Source: an uncultured bacterium
GTDB lineage: Bacteria > Patescibacteriota > Minisyncoccia > UBA6257 > 2-01-FULL-56-20
Direction: 5' to 3'
DNA length: 64,000 nt
Assembly: GCA_963718575.1 (NCBI GenBank)
Contig: OY970358.1
Span: 386,172 to 450,171 of the forward strand
Below are positions 49,462 to 59,927 of this stretch, piece by piece. Below the pieces are notes generated by a model. That model had not been told where the DNA came from. It was given only the letters and a program-made list of their open reading frames with translations, and searched no databases. The translations under genes and the position numbers were made by a program. The stretch's first letter is position 1; each line of letters opens with the position of its first letter.

Positions 49462-50946
49462 ATGTTTAAGAAGATAAAAGATTTTTTCTTTAAGAACACC
49501 TCCAACCGCCAAACGGCTGCCAAAAACACTATATGGCTCAGCGTTTCTAACTTTGGCGGAAGGGCCATTAAAGCAGTCATTGTCATCTATGGAGCTCGAG
49601 TGCTGGGAGCTTCGGACTGGGGGGTCTTCTCCTACGCCACCACGCTTGCGGGATTCTTTACGCTCTTCGTCGACCCGGGCATCAATTCCATCTTAATACG
49701 AGAGGCGGGGAAATCGACCGAAGAGGAGCGGCGGCGGACCTTTTCAACCACGCTCGTCATGAAATTTTTTATACTTCTTGCAAGTATTTTTGTGATATTG
49801 TGGATCGCTCCCTATTTCAGCACACTTCCCGGCTCAAAAATATTGCTGCCAATCGTCGTATGCATCATCCTCTTCGATAGTTGTCGCGAATTCTTCTCGT
49901 CGCTTATTCGAGGAATGGAAAAAATGGAATGGGATGCGGGGATATTTATCCTAACGAATATCTGTATTGTGATATTCGGTTTTGTTTTCCTCCGCGTCTC
50001 CCTCTCGCCAAAGTCATTTGCATGGTCATACGCGGCAGGGAGCGCCATCGGGGCTTGTGCTGCGGCATGGGCGATATGGCCATACTTTAAGAAACCCTTC
50101 GATTATTTTTCTTCGAAGCTTGCGCTTACTATTATCAAGTCGGCATGGCCATTCGCGGTTATTAGCGCTCTCGGCCTTCTGCTTACCAACACCGATATTC
50201 TGATCATCAGTTGGATGGGTACGGCGGCAGATGTGGGAGTTTATGCCGCGGGCATACGCATCGTGCAACTTCTTTATCTTGTGCCGACAATCGTCCAATG
50301 GAGCACGCTCCCCATTCTATCACGCTTCGCCCGCAAGGATGACCAACGATTCCGTGCTACCTTTGAACGCGCGCTCGGGATTATATTTCTGCTCTCCATC
50401 CCCTTTGCCATCGGTGGAGCGATCCTGGGAAATGAGATCATGAGCTTCGTCTATGGGCCACAATATGTGGCTGGCGGCCTAGCATTTGCCATCCTTATGG
50501 TCACAATTATATTTGATTATCCGGCAACCTTCATCAGTAACGCGGTATTCGCATACGATGAGCAACGCAGCCTGATCATCTCCTCGGCGATCGGAGGAAT
50601 CATGAATGTCGTCCTTGACCTCGCATTCATCCCCAAATTCGGCATTGTGGGATCGGCGGTCGCAACCTTGATTGCGCAAATGCTCAGCAACGCCTACCTA
50701 TGGCATAAAATGAAATCAATCAACTACTTTACCATCGTGCCGCGCCTTAAAAAAGTTGCGGTGGCGGGGGTGGTGATGGGAGTGACGACCGTCGCTTTGT
50801 TCTTCCTCGGCACACAAGTCGTCGTTAACGTCCTTGTGAGCGCTGTTGTTTATATCCTAATGCTCAAACTATTGAAGGACCCCCTATTCGAAGAGACCCT
50901 CGATATACTTCCCTTCTCTAAAAGGACGAAACCGATTACCGTCTAG
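49462..50946 (+). CDS. Wzx-type polysaccharide flippase
   Basis: About 12-14 TM segments; ARVLGA..WG.FSYA, TDILII, IPKFGIVGSAVAT. Confidence 0.88.
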   Translation: MFKKIKDFFFKNTSNRQTAAKNTIWLSVSNFGGRAIKAVIVIYGARVLGASDWGVFSYATTLAGFFTLFVDPGINSILIREAGKSTEEERRRTFSTTLVMKFFILLASIFVILWIAPYFSTLPGSKILLPIVVCIILFDSCREFFSSLIRGMEKMEWDAGIFILTNICIVIFGFVFLRVSLSPKSFAWSYAAGSAIGACAAAWAIWPYFKKPFDYFSSKLALTIIKSAWPFAVISALGLLLTNTDILIISWMGTAADVGVYAAGIRIVQLLYLVPTIVQWSTLPILSRFARKDDQRFRATFERALGIIFLLSIPFAIGGAILGNEIMSFVYGPQYVAGGLAFAILMVTIIFDYPATFISNAVFAYDEQRSLIISSAIGGIMNVVLDLAFIPKFGIVGSAVATLIAQMLSNAYLWHKMKSINYFTIVPRLKKVAVAGVVMGVTTVALFFLGTQVVVNVLVSAVVYILMLKLLKDPLFEETLDILPFSKRTKPITV

Positions 50947-51791
50947 CACCGCCTTCCCTGATTCGCAAAAAGGCTCCTCTTCGCCCGAGACAGCGAATTA
51001 TAGAGTATCCGCCGAATCCCGGCCGGAAGCTGACTATAGCAATATTGGGTAACGTTCAGGATGTATGCCGGAAGAAAATTTGGATATTCTTTTCGGTGGC
51101 TGGCGACGATGTGTAGTATCTCGTCGGCTTGCGAACGCTTGAAAAGCACTGTTTTACTCTTGTCGGTCAAAAGATAGCGGACAAAATATTCCTGAAAGTT
51201 ATAAAGCCTCCCGCGTTGTCCCATGCGGAGCCATAAATCCCAGTCTTCAGCATTCTTGAAATCGCCGTACCCACCCGCAGCAAGCGCAACCTCGCGCCGG
51301 AACATCACCGTGGAATGCGTGAATGGATTAGCGAAGAGCGCCTTATTCCGAATCGTCGCATCATCCTCGGGCTTTAGATAACGGAACCGCTCTTTGTCAT
51401 TCTCATCGATCACGATCGTTCCCCCGCCCGTAAGTACGAAATCCGGATGCGCGTCAAAGAACGCAACCTGTTTTGAAAGTTTTTCCGCATCACACCAATA
51501 ATCGTCGTCGTCCAGCCGCGCGATGTAAGTGCCCTGCGCGATCTTCATCGCCTCGTTCAGTGTGCGAGAAATATCCGGATAATAGTTCTTCTCGTGATGT
51601 ATCGGCCTCACACGAGCATCCTTCTTCGCCAGTCCATCCAAAAATACCTTTGTATCGTCAGTCGATGCATCGTTCACTATGATGAATTCGAAGTCGGTGA
51701 GCGTCTGCGAAAGGACACTGTCCACTGCACGCTCCAAAAGCTTGCGCCGGTTGTACGTCGGCATGATCACACTTACGACGGGGGTCTTCAT
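50943..51791 (-). CDS. GT2 glycosyltransferase
   Basis: VSVIMPTYNR, NDASTD, LDDDD, EDWDLWLR. Confidence 0.9.
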   Translation of the reverse strand: MKTPVVSVIMPTYNRRKLLERAVDSVLSQTLTDFEFIIVNDASTDDTKVFLDGLAKKDARVRPIHHEKNYYPDISRTLNEAMKIAQGTYIARLDDDDYWCDAEKLSKQVAFFDAHPDFVLTGGGTIVIDENDKERFRYLKPEDDATIRNKALFANPFTHSTVMFRREVALAAGGYGDFKNAEDWDLWLRMGQRGRLYNFQEYFVRYLLTDKSKTVLFKRSQADEILHIVASHRKEYPNFLPAYILNVTQYCYSQLPAGIRRILYNSLSRAKRSLFANQGRRC

Positions 51792-51821
51792 GGATATATT
51801 GTAGTCCTGGATAAAGATTTT

Positions 51822-52598
51822 TCAAATGGAAATGGTGCCCCACGGATCCGCTACGCTTTTTCTTATTTTTTTCTCATAATATTCCATCGCCCTCTCATAT
51901 TTTTCGGGTTTGCCGATATCAAGAATGGGCTCCGTGGTCGGGAACGCATAAAATACTGCACCATCGGCGAATGCCCGCGGGATAACCTCTCCGTCGAGTT
52001 TTATAGGGGCGGCAGGAGGAATATAGTCCAGGATCTTTTTTGAAAAAGCGTATATCCCTGCATTTACGAGAAGCGAATCGTCCAACTGGGCGATATGATG
52101 AGGCCTTGTATGCCATTGCACTATTTTTTTCGACGCACGGTCAAATTTAGCCACCTCTCCATCCTGTGGAATTTCCTCCTTCAACACAATCGAGCCGATC
52201 CCGCCCTGCTTTATATGCTCCTCTCCAAAATTTGAGTAATTGAAAAAATTCAATTCGTCACCATATAAGAAGAAAAACTGATCATCGAGCAGCGGTTGCG
52301 CCTTCTTAATTGCACCGCCAGTATCTAATAATTGCTTCGTCTCGTCACTATAGGTGATATTCACCCCCCATTTCCTGCCATCTCCAAAATATGACGTAAT
52401 CACTTCCGGGAGGTAGTGGATATTGATGATAAATCTATTGACCCCCTGCTCCCGCATCCACTCGATGGTATGTGCAAGAAGCGGTTTCCCCGTAGCAATG
52501 GGAACCATTACCTTTGGAATCGTATCGGTAATCGGCCGCAAGCGGGTGCCAAGCCCCGCCCCCAATATCATCGCCTGCGTAATCTTATGTTTTGACAT
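51822..52598 (-). CDS. Sugar-phosphate nucleotidyltransferase (HddC-like)
   Basis: ILGAGLGTRLRPIT..PKVM, LDTGGAIK, DIGKPE. Confidence 0.85.
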   Translation of the reverse strand: MSKHKITQAMILGAGLGTRLRPITDTIPKVMVPIATGKPLLAHTIEWMREQGVNRFIINIHYLPEVITSYFGDGRKWGVNITYSDETKQLLDTGGAIKKAQPLLDDQFFFLYGDELNFFNYSNFGEEHIKQGGIGSIVLKEEIPQDGEVAKFDRASKKIVQWHTRPHHIAQLDDSLLVNAGIYAFSKKILDYIPPAAPIKLDGEVIPRAFADGAVFYAFPTTEPILDIGKPEKYERAMEYYEKKIRKSVADPWGTISI

Positions 52599-52631
52599 CC
52601 CTTAAGTTAAGTATAGTGTACAATATTATCT

Positions 52632-53309
52632 ATGATAAAAGGAATCGCATTTGATCTTGAAGGGACCGTTGTTGACCTTGAACCAGCACATCACAACGCC
52701 CACCTGAGAGTGTGCCATGAACTGGGGATCGACCTTACCCTAGAAGAAGCCATTGAAAAGATCCATCATTTTATTGGTGGCCCTGATTCGATCATCGCAG
52801 AGGAGATTTTTGAGCTTTCAGGGGAGAGAGAAAGTCCTGCGTGGATCGTCGGCCGTGACGCTGCTTACTATAAAGAGCTACTTGCAACCATGCCTATTGT
52901 GCCGCGTGATGGATTTCTTGAAATTCTTGATCAGTGTAAGAAGCGGGGGATAAAGACCGCGATAGGATCCCTCACAGAAGACAATGACGCTCGTCATATC
53001 TTGGATGCCTCGGGGCTTTCGAAGTTTTTTGACACCAACACGGTTGTACTCAAAAGTCATGTAAAAAATTTAAAACCTGCTCCAGGCGTATTTATCGAGA
53101 CCGCGAAGCGAATGGGTATTGAACCATCCGTACAACTTGTCTTCGAAGATTCTCCGCGAGGGATCGAAGCCGCACGCAAGGCTCAATCGCGTGCAATCGG
53201 TATGCCGGTCTATGATACTCCGACGGTCATCGCCGCGCTCCGCAATGCAGGCGCAGAGGAGGTATTCCTGCACTGGCGGGACATCCCCATCGATCGCCTT
53301 TTGGTATAA
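52632..53309 (+). CDS. HAD-superfamily phosphatase
   Basis: FDLEGTVVD, KPAP, FEDSPRGI. Confidence 0.88.
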   Translation: MIKGIAFDLEGTVVDLEPAHHNAHLRVCHELGIDLTLEEAIEKIHHFIGGPDSIIAEEIFELSGERESPAWIVGRDAAYYKELLATMPIVPRDGFLEILDQCKKRGIKTAIGSLTEDNDARHILDASGLSKFFDTNTVVLKSHVKNLKPAPGVFIETAKRMGIEPSVQLVFEDSPRGIEAARKAQSRAIGMPVYDTPTVIAALRNAGAEEVFLHWRDIPIDRLLV

Positions 53310-53334
53310 GCTCGCCCGCAATTGCCAAAGAATC

Positions 53335-54312
53335 CTAAGCTTGTTCTGAAAAAATAATTTCGCTCCCCGAACGCGAAAACCCTACCGGAAAGACTTGATA
53401 GCCCTTAAGAGCCCTCTTGAGGGTGGGATGCTTATGCGGCGGCGCTATAACGACAAGATAACCCCCACCACCCGCACCGCTCAGTCTACTCCCCCACGCC
53501 CCCGCTCGCTTTGCTTTTTCTCTCATAGTCTCGATCTGACTATTGGTAATACCCCGGGAAAGTGTCTGTTTTATTTCCCATTCATAAGAAAGAATTTCTG
53601 CAAAACTCTTCCAATCTCCTTTTTCAAGGAACTGAATCGCAGGAGAAACCTGTGCGGCCATTTCTTTAAGCTTCGGAAAGTTGACCTGAAACTGTTTATG
53701 CTGATCGTTTAATATCCCAGAAGCTGAATGCCCGACGCCCGTATGAAAAACGATCATATGCTCCATAAATTCGGAAAGCTTCTTGGGAGATAACCCGACC
53801 GGGACAACTTTTACCGATCCAGCCTTATTGAACGTGTATGCATTGAAGCCTCCGAATGCGGCCGCGTATTGATCCTGTTTTCCGATCGGCTCCTTGAGTT
53901 TATCTATTTCGATATGTGCTGCCAATTCCGCAACCTTAAGAGGCGAAAATTTCTTCCCCTCCCAGGCCGCAAGCGCGTTGACAAGCCCTGCCGTGAAGCT
54001 ACTCGATGCTCCGAGGCCGGATCCCTGTGCGGAGACGTGCGATGCGGAAGCGATATCGAGCCCGGTCGGTATATGGAAATAATGCAACGCCGCGCGCGTA
54101 CGCGAATGGGTAACCTCTTTTGAATGGGTTGCATATTCCATGCCCTCGTACGCCAGGCGCAATCTTCCGTCAAATCGCGGATGGATCGTGACATAAATGA
54201 ATTTGTCGATAGCGAGATTCAAAATCCGCCCCGGGGAACGACGATAGAAATTTTTAATGTCCGTACTGCCCCCTAAAAATTCGATGCGAAGAGGGGTTTT
54301 TGAGATAATCAT
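53335..54312 (-). CDS. GHMP kinase (HddA-like)
   Basis: TPLRI.FLGGSTD, GSGLGASSS, IGKQDQY, SGAGGGG. Confidence 0.88.
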   Translation of the reverse strand: MIISKTPLRIEFLGGSTDIKNFYRRSPGRILNLAIDKFIYVTIHPRFDGRLRLAYEGMEYATHSKEVTHSRTRAALHYFHIPTGLDIASASHVSAQGSGLGASSSFTAGLVNALAAWEGKKFSPLKVAELAAHIEIDKLKEPIGKQDQYAAAFGGFNAYTFNKAGSVKVVPVGLSPKKLSEFMEHMIVFHTGVGHSASGILNDQHKQFQVNFPKLKEMAAQVSPAIQFLEKGDWKSFAEILSYEWEIKQTLSRGITNSQIETMREKAKRAGAWGSRLSGAGGGGYLVVIAPPHKHPTLKRALKGYQVFPVGFSRSGSEIIFSEQA

Positions 54313-54324
54313 TCGGATTTTATT

Positions 54325-54933
54325 CTACGAACGCGCAGTGCGCCGTTCGATAAGACGATCGAAGTAATTTTTAAAGTATTTCGTGATAAGATGCATAATC
54401 GTCCCATGTGCACTTTCGACAACTTCGTATTCCCCTTTTTCCGTATTTACTAAAATTTTTGCATCAGCAAGCTCGTTCAATTTCCCCCCGTCGAACCCCG
54501 AAAGGCCGATCACTGGTACATTATATTTTTTGGCGAGTTCCACTGCTTTGATGATGTTGATCGAATTACCCGAACTCGAAATGGCAATGACCACGTCGGA
54601 GTCCTGAATATAATTCTGAAGCGGACCCGCAAACACCATATCATATCCAACGTCATTCGCCCAAGCGGTAATCTCAGACTCTGTAGAAGGCAGTCGCACT
54701 GCCTGAAATCGCCGAGTGTGCTCGCTTAAATCATGACTGAAGATCGTTTTATTAATATCTGCGACCCAATGCGTCGCGATTGCAAGCGATCCGCCGTTGC
54801 CGAAGACATAGATACGGCCATCTCGCTCGTAACATGCCTGGAGGATATTCATCGCCTTAGCGATCTCTTCGATCGGCAGGTTTTGTAATGTCGCCCTCAC
54901 CTTTCCCGAAAATTCTTTTATAAATTGATCCAT
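54325..54933 (-). CDS. gmhA: Phosphoheptose isomerase-like SIS protein
   Basis: FGNGGS, TAWANDVGY, ISSSGNS.NII, GFDGG. Confidence 0.82.
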   Translation of the reverse strand: MDQFIKEFSGKVRATLQNLPIEEIAKAMNILQACYERDGRIYVFGNGGSLAIATHWVADINKTIFSHDLSEHTRRFQAVRLPSTESEITAWANDVGYDMVFAGPLQNYIQDSDVVIAISSSGNSINIIKAVELAKKYNVPVIGLSGFDGGKLNELADAKILVNTEKGEYEVVESAHGTIMHLITKYFKNYFDRLIERRTARS

Positions 54934-54948
54934 AAATATATTCTCATT

Positions 54949-55971
54949 CTATGAGAGCGTAGTCCTTTCATAATCGCTATCATGCAACACCTCGACGCCC
55001 GATTGTATAAATCGAACAGGAATCTCTTTAAAATCTTTGAGGGTTGCTGCTTGTGCCGCCACGGCGACCGCGTGCCTAATCGCCTCTTTTTTTTCTATGG
55101 GGGCAAGAAACATAACACACCCCCCACTACCTGCGCCCAACATTTTTCCTCCCCACGCACCCGCCTGCAAGCCTGCTAAATAAAGACTATCAACCGTCGA
55201 ATTTGAAATTGTCGACACGAGCGACTTCTTCATTGTCCACCCCTCGTTAAGGATGCTTCCCAATTTCTCAAAGTCCGCAGCAAGAAGTGCCGCTTGCGCC
55301 TTTGCCACCGAGTGAGCCATTGCTTTCATCACTTCAAAATTCTTTTCGGCACTCGCTTCTTGTTCTTTCAGCACGCCTGCCGCATCCCGGATAAGACCCG
55401 TAAAAAATATCATGATGTGGTCCTCTAGCCCAAGGCGAACCTTATAATCCACCAACACCGGCTTCACATCCACGGAATGATCCGCGTTGAACTGAAAAAC
55501 ATTAAAACCCCCGAAGGCGGCAGTATACTGTCCTTGTTTTCCCATTGATTCCTTAAGTAATTCGATCTCCAAACGTGCTGCCGCTTCTGCGGCCTGACCC
55601 TTGTCGATCTTCTTTCCCTGATACGCCGCAAGCGCTTTCACGAGCGCGACGGAAAACGTGGACGACGACCCGAGTCCGGCCTTTGCCGGTAATGATGCAA
55701 ATGAAGCAAGTTCAATACCGCTTGTTATCCCCGCATCCAAAAGCGCCGCCTTAATGCGAGTGTGCTGAAGCTCGCTCGGGTGGGAAACTGTTTCCGAAAC
55801 GGAGTAACGCGCCGAAACCTTATCAATAAGCGGCGTACGATTAACCACCACATATACGTATTTGTCGATGGCTGTCGATAAAACACGCCCTGGGTGGCGC
55901 GTATAGAATGAAGCCATATCCGTACCCCCGCCGGCAAAGCTGATCCTAAGAGGGGCTCTTACTACGATCAT
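54949..55971 (-). CDS. GHMP kinase (second HddA-like paralog)
   Basis: APLRISFAGGGTD, AGLGSSS, GKQGQY, GAGSGG. Confidence 0.88.
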   Translation of the reverse strand: MIVVRAPLRISFAGGGTDMASFYTRHPGRVLSTAIDKYVYVVVNRTPLIDKVSARYSVSETVSHPSELQHTRIKAALLDAGITSGIELASFASLPAKAGLGSSSTFSVALVKALAAYQGKKIDKGQAAEAAARLEIELLKESMGKQGQYTAAFGGFNVFQFNADHSVDVKPVLVDYKVRLGLEDHIMIFFTGLIRDAAGVLKEQEASAEKNFEVMKAMAHSVAKAQAALLAADFEKLGSILNEGWTMKKSLVSTISNSTVDSLYLAGLQAGAWGGKMLGAGSGGCVMFLAPIEKKEAIRHAVAVAAQAATLKDFKEIPVRFIQSGVEVLHDSDYERTTLS

Positions 55972-56010
55972 AGATGCAATACTACAACTCAAACGCCCCG
56001 GCGTCTAGCG

Positions 56011-57066
56011 TTACCGTGCCCGATCTTTGAGCCATGCCACGTAGTCACGCACCGACTCTTCGGGAGTATGCCGGGGTCTCCAACCAAGTTTTTTTAACTT
56101 GGAAATATCCGATACCGCATTCCTTGTATCCGTCCTTCGATACCCGCCGATCTTTATATCGGAGGATGAACCGGTAACACACTTAACCATCTTCGCAAAT
56201 TCAATGACCGGATATGCCTTTCCGCCGCCAACGTTAAACGTGCCAAAATCCATTTTTTCGTTCTTTAATGCCAGAAGATTTGCGGCCACCACATCATACA
56301 CGTTCACAAAATCCCTCAGTTGATTCCCATCCTCGTATACCGTGATCGGATCCCCGGCAAGCGCCTGGAGTGAAAAGATGCGCATTGCGCCGGAATAGAG
56401 ATTGCGCGGCGACTGGCGCGGCCCCTGCACGATCGAATAACGAAAAATAACGCTTGGAATGTCATAGGTCTTCCCAAAACGCAACGCCAAGCGCTCAATC
56501 GCTTCCTTGGAAAGGCCGTAGGCATTGGTAGGAGTGAGCGGTTGATCCTCTTTGAATGGGTGAAATATTGCCCTCTTCCCGTGCGGACAAAGAATGTCGA
56601 ACTGCTTCCCGTCGAACTGCTTCTGCGTACGCACCTCTGGATAAAAACGCTTATGAGTATGCGGACATTCGTATTCACCATCGCCGTAAGCAAATTGGGT
56701 GCTTGCGAAAACAATCTTTTTTACCGGAATTTTTTTCTCTACAATAATCTCATACATCAGGGCGGCGCTCACGGTATTCGTCACAAAAAACTTGCTGAAG
56801 TCCGGACGTTGATCCTGATATGCCGCAAGGTGATATATGTACGACACCCCGGCGAGCGCTCTCTCGAGATCCTTCCTTCTACTAACATCGCCTTTTATCA
56901 ATTCATATCCTTTGCCCGAAAGATATGCAGGCCATTGCCCAGCATGAACCGGCGGCTTCAGGTTATCAATGATACGCACCGTATATCCGGCCTTCGCAAG
57001 CGCATCTGCAGTATGGCTTCCAATGAAGCCAGCCCCGCCAGTGATGAGCACTTTCTCCTTTTTCAT
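56011..57066 (-). CDS. NAD-dependent epimerase/dehydratase
   Basis: TGGAGFIGSH, YGLSK, RY..VQGPRQ, RDFVNV.DV. Confidence 0.9.
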   Translation of the reverse strand: MKKEKVLITGGAGFIGSHTADALAKAGYTVRIIDNLKPPVHAGQWPAYLSGKGYELIKGDVSRRKDLERALAGVSYIYHLAAYQDQRPDFSKFFVTNTVSAALMYEIIVEKKIPVKKIVFASTQFAYGDGEYECPHTHKRFYPEVRTQKQFDGKQFDILCPHGKRAIFHPFKEDQPLTPTNAYGLSKEAIERLALRFGKTYDIPSVIFRYSIVQGPRQSPRNLYSGAMRIFSLQALAGDPITVYEDGNQLRDFVNVYDVVAANLLALKNEKMDFGTFNVGGGKAYPVIEFAKMVKCVTGSSSDIKIGGYRRTDTRNAVSDISKLKKLGWRPRHTPEESVRDYVAWLKDRAR

Positions 57067-57085
57067 CCTTACCATTATACCGCAC

Positions 57086-58060
57086 TCATTCCGCCATAGG
57101 AATAAAAAGCCGTTTCTTCCTTAAATTCCATGCCTGTTCGATCGCAAATCGCAGGAGCAGCGAAGGCACCGCCATCATCATAACGATCAGCACGCGATTT
57201 TTTAGACTTATCTTTTCTTTTATCTCACCGTACACATTCCATGCTTCTTTCTTCTGTCCGTTCGAAAGAAACGCGATTGCATAATTCTTTTTACGATCGG
57301 CAAGCCAGTGATCAATGTTCCATTTCTTTCGATCTTCCGCTGACATCTGATCGCGAAGATTCTCAAATATCTTCACCTGGGAATCCTTGAGCGTAACTTG
57401 CCGCGCAAAGTTCGTGTTGCTATCCCATCGGAGCCGGTATCGCACAAGGTCTTCGTCAAGATAAGCGATCTTGTATCCATTGCGAAGCATACGGAGGAAA
57501 TATTCCCAATCCTCCACCATTCCCGTGGCAGGATTATAGCCACCAAGCTTGTCATACACCTCGCGCCGGAACATGATTGCCGTGTTTGTGATGAACTGCT
57601 GTTTAAGCAACTCTGGAAATACTTCTTCGCCAGAATATAACTTAAAGCGATGCCGGTAATAGGTATCCGGCGCCCCGTCGAAGAAATATTTAAGACGACA
57701 ATAGACCAATGCGTACTCGTGGTGCATCTCAAGAAATGCAACTTCTTTCGATAGTTTCCCTTGCATATAAATATCATCGCTGTCGAGGAGCGTGAAGTAG
57801 TCCCCTTTCGCCTGTTGAAATAATTCATTTCTCGTAGAAGTAATACCCCGATTCTCGCGCCTTGTCATATGAAGACGCGGATCCGTATAGCCCTGCAAGA
57901 TTTCCCATGTTCTGTCGGTAGAACCATCATCGATCACAAGAATCTCAAAATTCGGATAATCTTGCATAAGCGCCGAATCGATCGCCTCCTTTATATACCG
58001 GTCGGCATTATAGGATGGGATGAGAATGGAAACGAGGGGGATTCCCCGGGAAGAAATCAT
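57086..58060 (-). CDS. GT2 glycosyltransferase
   Basis: VSILIPSYN, DDGSTD, LDSDD, EDWEY. Confidence 0.9.
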   Translation of the reverse strand: MISSRGIPLVSILIPSYNADRYIKEAIDSALMQDYPNFEILVIDDGSTDRTWEILQGYTDPRLHMTRRENRGITSTRNELFQQAKGDYFTLLDSDDIYMQGKLSKEVAFLEMHHEYALVYCRLKYFFDGAPDTYYRHRFKLYSGEEVFPELLKQQFITNTAIMFRREVYDKLGGYNPATGMVEDWEYFLRMLRNGYKIAYLDEDLVRYRLRWDSNTNFARQVTLKDSQVKIFENLRDQMSAEDRKKWNIDHWLADRKKNYAIAFLSNGQKKEAWNVYGEIKEKISLKNRVLIVMMMAVPSLLLRFAIEQAWNLRKKRLFIPMAE

Positions 58061-58064
58061 AGCC

Positions 58065-58892
58065 TTAATTATTTTTTAATATATTCTTCATCCAATGAAT
58101 CTGATTTTCCAAACCATTCGATTGCCACGATCCTCCGATAAAATGGACGAACTTCCCATAAAAATGGACACGCACTCCATGGACAGGCTCGACCGTCCAT
58201 GGCTCTCCGGGCTTTCCATGAAGGTCATATACATCGGGAAGTTTTTTTACCTCGTCGGGGTTCACGTGAACCCGCCCGCCCGCATCAATTCCCCAGCCAG
58301 GCAAGAAATTTGGTTCCTGGCCGTTGAGATATTCTCGCCGAAAGAAAAGAAGTCCCAGCCATAGATACCATATCTCTTTCCGAAAATTCCGGAAAGGCCG
58401 GGGGGCACAATGATGTATTACTCCCCAGGCATCACCCTCTTCCAGATAGGGACTGATACTGACGGGCTCTATGGGAAAAAGATCGCTGTCAATAAAACCG
58501 AAGCGGTCAGGCTTGAATCGCACGATCAGATTAGAATAAATCCAATTGAATGCAAGTCCGGGGTTAATACTCTCGTCAATGCCGGGATTCTTAGGTAGGC
58601 GAATATAGTTCAATCCCTGCGCCAGGCAATAATCCTTGATCTGTGCCGATGGCTCGTCCTCGCTCGAATTATCCATAATGAAATATTCATATTCATCGCG
58701 TAAGAATTTCTTGATCGCCGTATAATGAAGCTCGATGAGGTCGGGCTTATTAAACGCGAGAATGATAACAAAAAGCTTCTTCGGATCGGCGGAAACGATT
58801 GATTCAAATACCGCCGGCTCCTTTTTGAACCGGGCATTCACGGACGACATTAGAAAAATCTTAAAAAAGATTTTTTTGATCTTTTTTGCCAT
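58065..58892 (-). CDS. Putative glycosyltransferase-like protein
   Basis: IILAFN, IMDNS, FIDSDLFP (DxD); lies within the polysaccharide cluster. Confidence 0.6.
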   Translation of the reverse strand: MAKKIKKIFFKIFLMSSVNARFKKEPAVFESIVSADPKKLFVIILAFNKPDLIELHYTAIKKFLRDEYEYFIMDNSSEDEPSAQIKDYCLAQGLNYIRLPKNPGIDESINPGLAFNWIYSNLIVRFKPDRFGFIDSDLFPIEPVSISPYLEEGDAWGVIHHCAPRPFRNFRKEIWYLWLGLLFFRREYLNGQEPNFLPGWGIDAGGRVHVNPDEVKKLPDVYDLHGKPGEPWTVEPVHGVRVHFYGKFVHFIGGSWQSNGLENQIHWMKNILKNN

Positions 58893-58894
58893 GG

Positions 58895-59854
58895 TCATCT
58901 TGGAAGCCAAAAAATGAAGTCTTCCTCCGCGCGATGGGAAAGAATATGGCGATAGCCCGGTTCAATCTCCTGAATCAGGGCCGGAATATCGATTTTGTCG
59001 TTCGGATAATGATACGCGGATGCAGCGATGACCGGCTTGAAGCGCTTGATCGTTTCCCGCGCACCGCGAATAATATTTTTTTCATATCCCTCGGTGTCCA
59101 TTTTTATAAAATCCACGGAGGGAAGGGCATTCTCTTTGACGAAATCATCAATCGTGACAATTTTAACGGTTTCCAACACAACATCACTTATGCCACCCGT
59201 GGCCGCAAAGCCCGTATCGGAAAAAGCGCTAAAACCAGGGAATTCAGCGTTCACCCGCATCTCGCGGCTGTCGCTCTTCTCCCCCAGCCCAAAAGGAACC
59301 ACTGAAACATTCGTCGCATTCCTTACGTTTTCGATAAGCGTAGCTCGCGCTGGTGCGCCGGGCTCAAACGCGTATACCTTTCCCTTCTCCGCAATTGATG
59401 CCGCAAATACAGTGAACGTCCCAATGTTCGCACCGGCATCGATCACAATTGAATCCGATGTAAGGAATTCCCGGGCGTGATACTGATCGTCCACGATGAT
59501 CTGTTGAAGGAGTGTCAGAAAATCAATGAGTCCCGCTATTGAAGTATTATGCGGAACGACGGACATATTCCCTACGGTAAGCCGAGGCGCACAGCCTTTA
59601 AATAGCGAAAGTAATTCTTGTTCGGATAACTCCTTCACCTTTTTTTTAACCAATCCCTCTTTTTTCCCGTCAATAAAGACCCGCGCTAACTCACTCGCTG
59701 TTATCTTTCCCGAAAGGAAGATTTTGCACGAAAAAAAGGCCCACGCGATATTGCGGGCGAAAGGACTGACGAAAAAGGCTGGGTTTCCCCTCTTTTTACT
59801 CTCCTTGACCAATGCGGTCATGCCATCAAGGGAAATGTCGCAATACTGTTTCAT
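58895..59854 (-). CDS. FkbM family methyltransferase
   Basis: IDAGANIG, YAFEP, DFIKMDTEGYE, SAYH. Confidence 0.9.
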   Translation of the reverse strand: MKQYCDISLDGMTALVKESKKRGNPAFFVSPFARNIAWAFFSCKIFLSGKITASELARVFIDGKKEGLVKKKVKELSEQELLSLFKGCAPRLTVGNMSVVPHNTSIAGLIDFLTLLQQIIVDDQYHAREFLTSDSIVIDAGANIGTFTVFAASIAEKGKVYAFEPGAPARATLIENVRNATNVSVVPFGLGEKSDSREMRVNAEFPGFSAFSDTGFAATGGISDVVLETVKIVTIDDFVKENALPSVDFIKMDTEGYEKNIIRGARETIKRFKPVIAASAYHYPNDKIDIPALIQEIEPGYRHILSHRAEEDFIFWLPR

Positions 59855-59927
59855 AGAACAATGTCCCTATTATATGCCCTTTCGATAAGTGTTGCAAAAA
59901 TCTCAAAAAAAAATCATAATCTAATCC

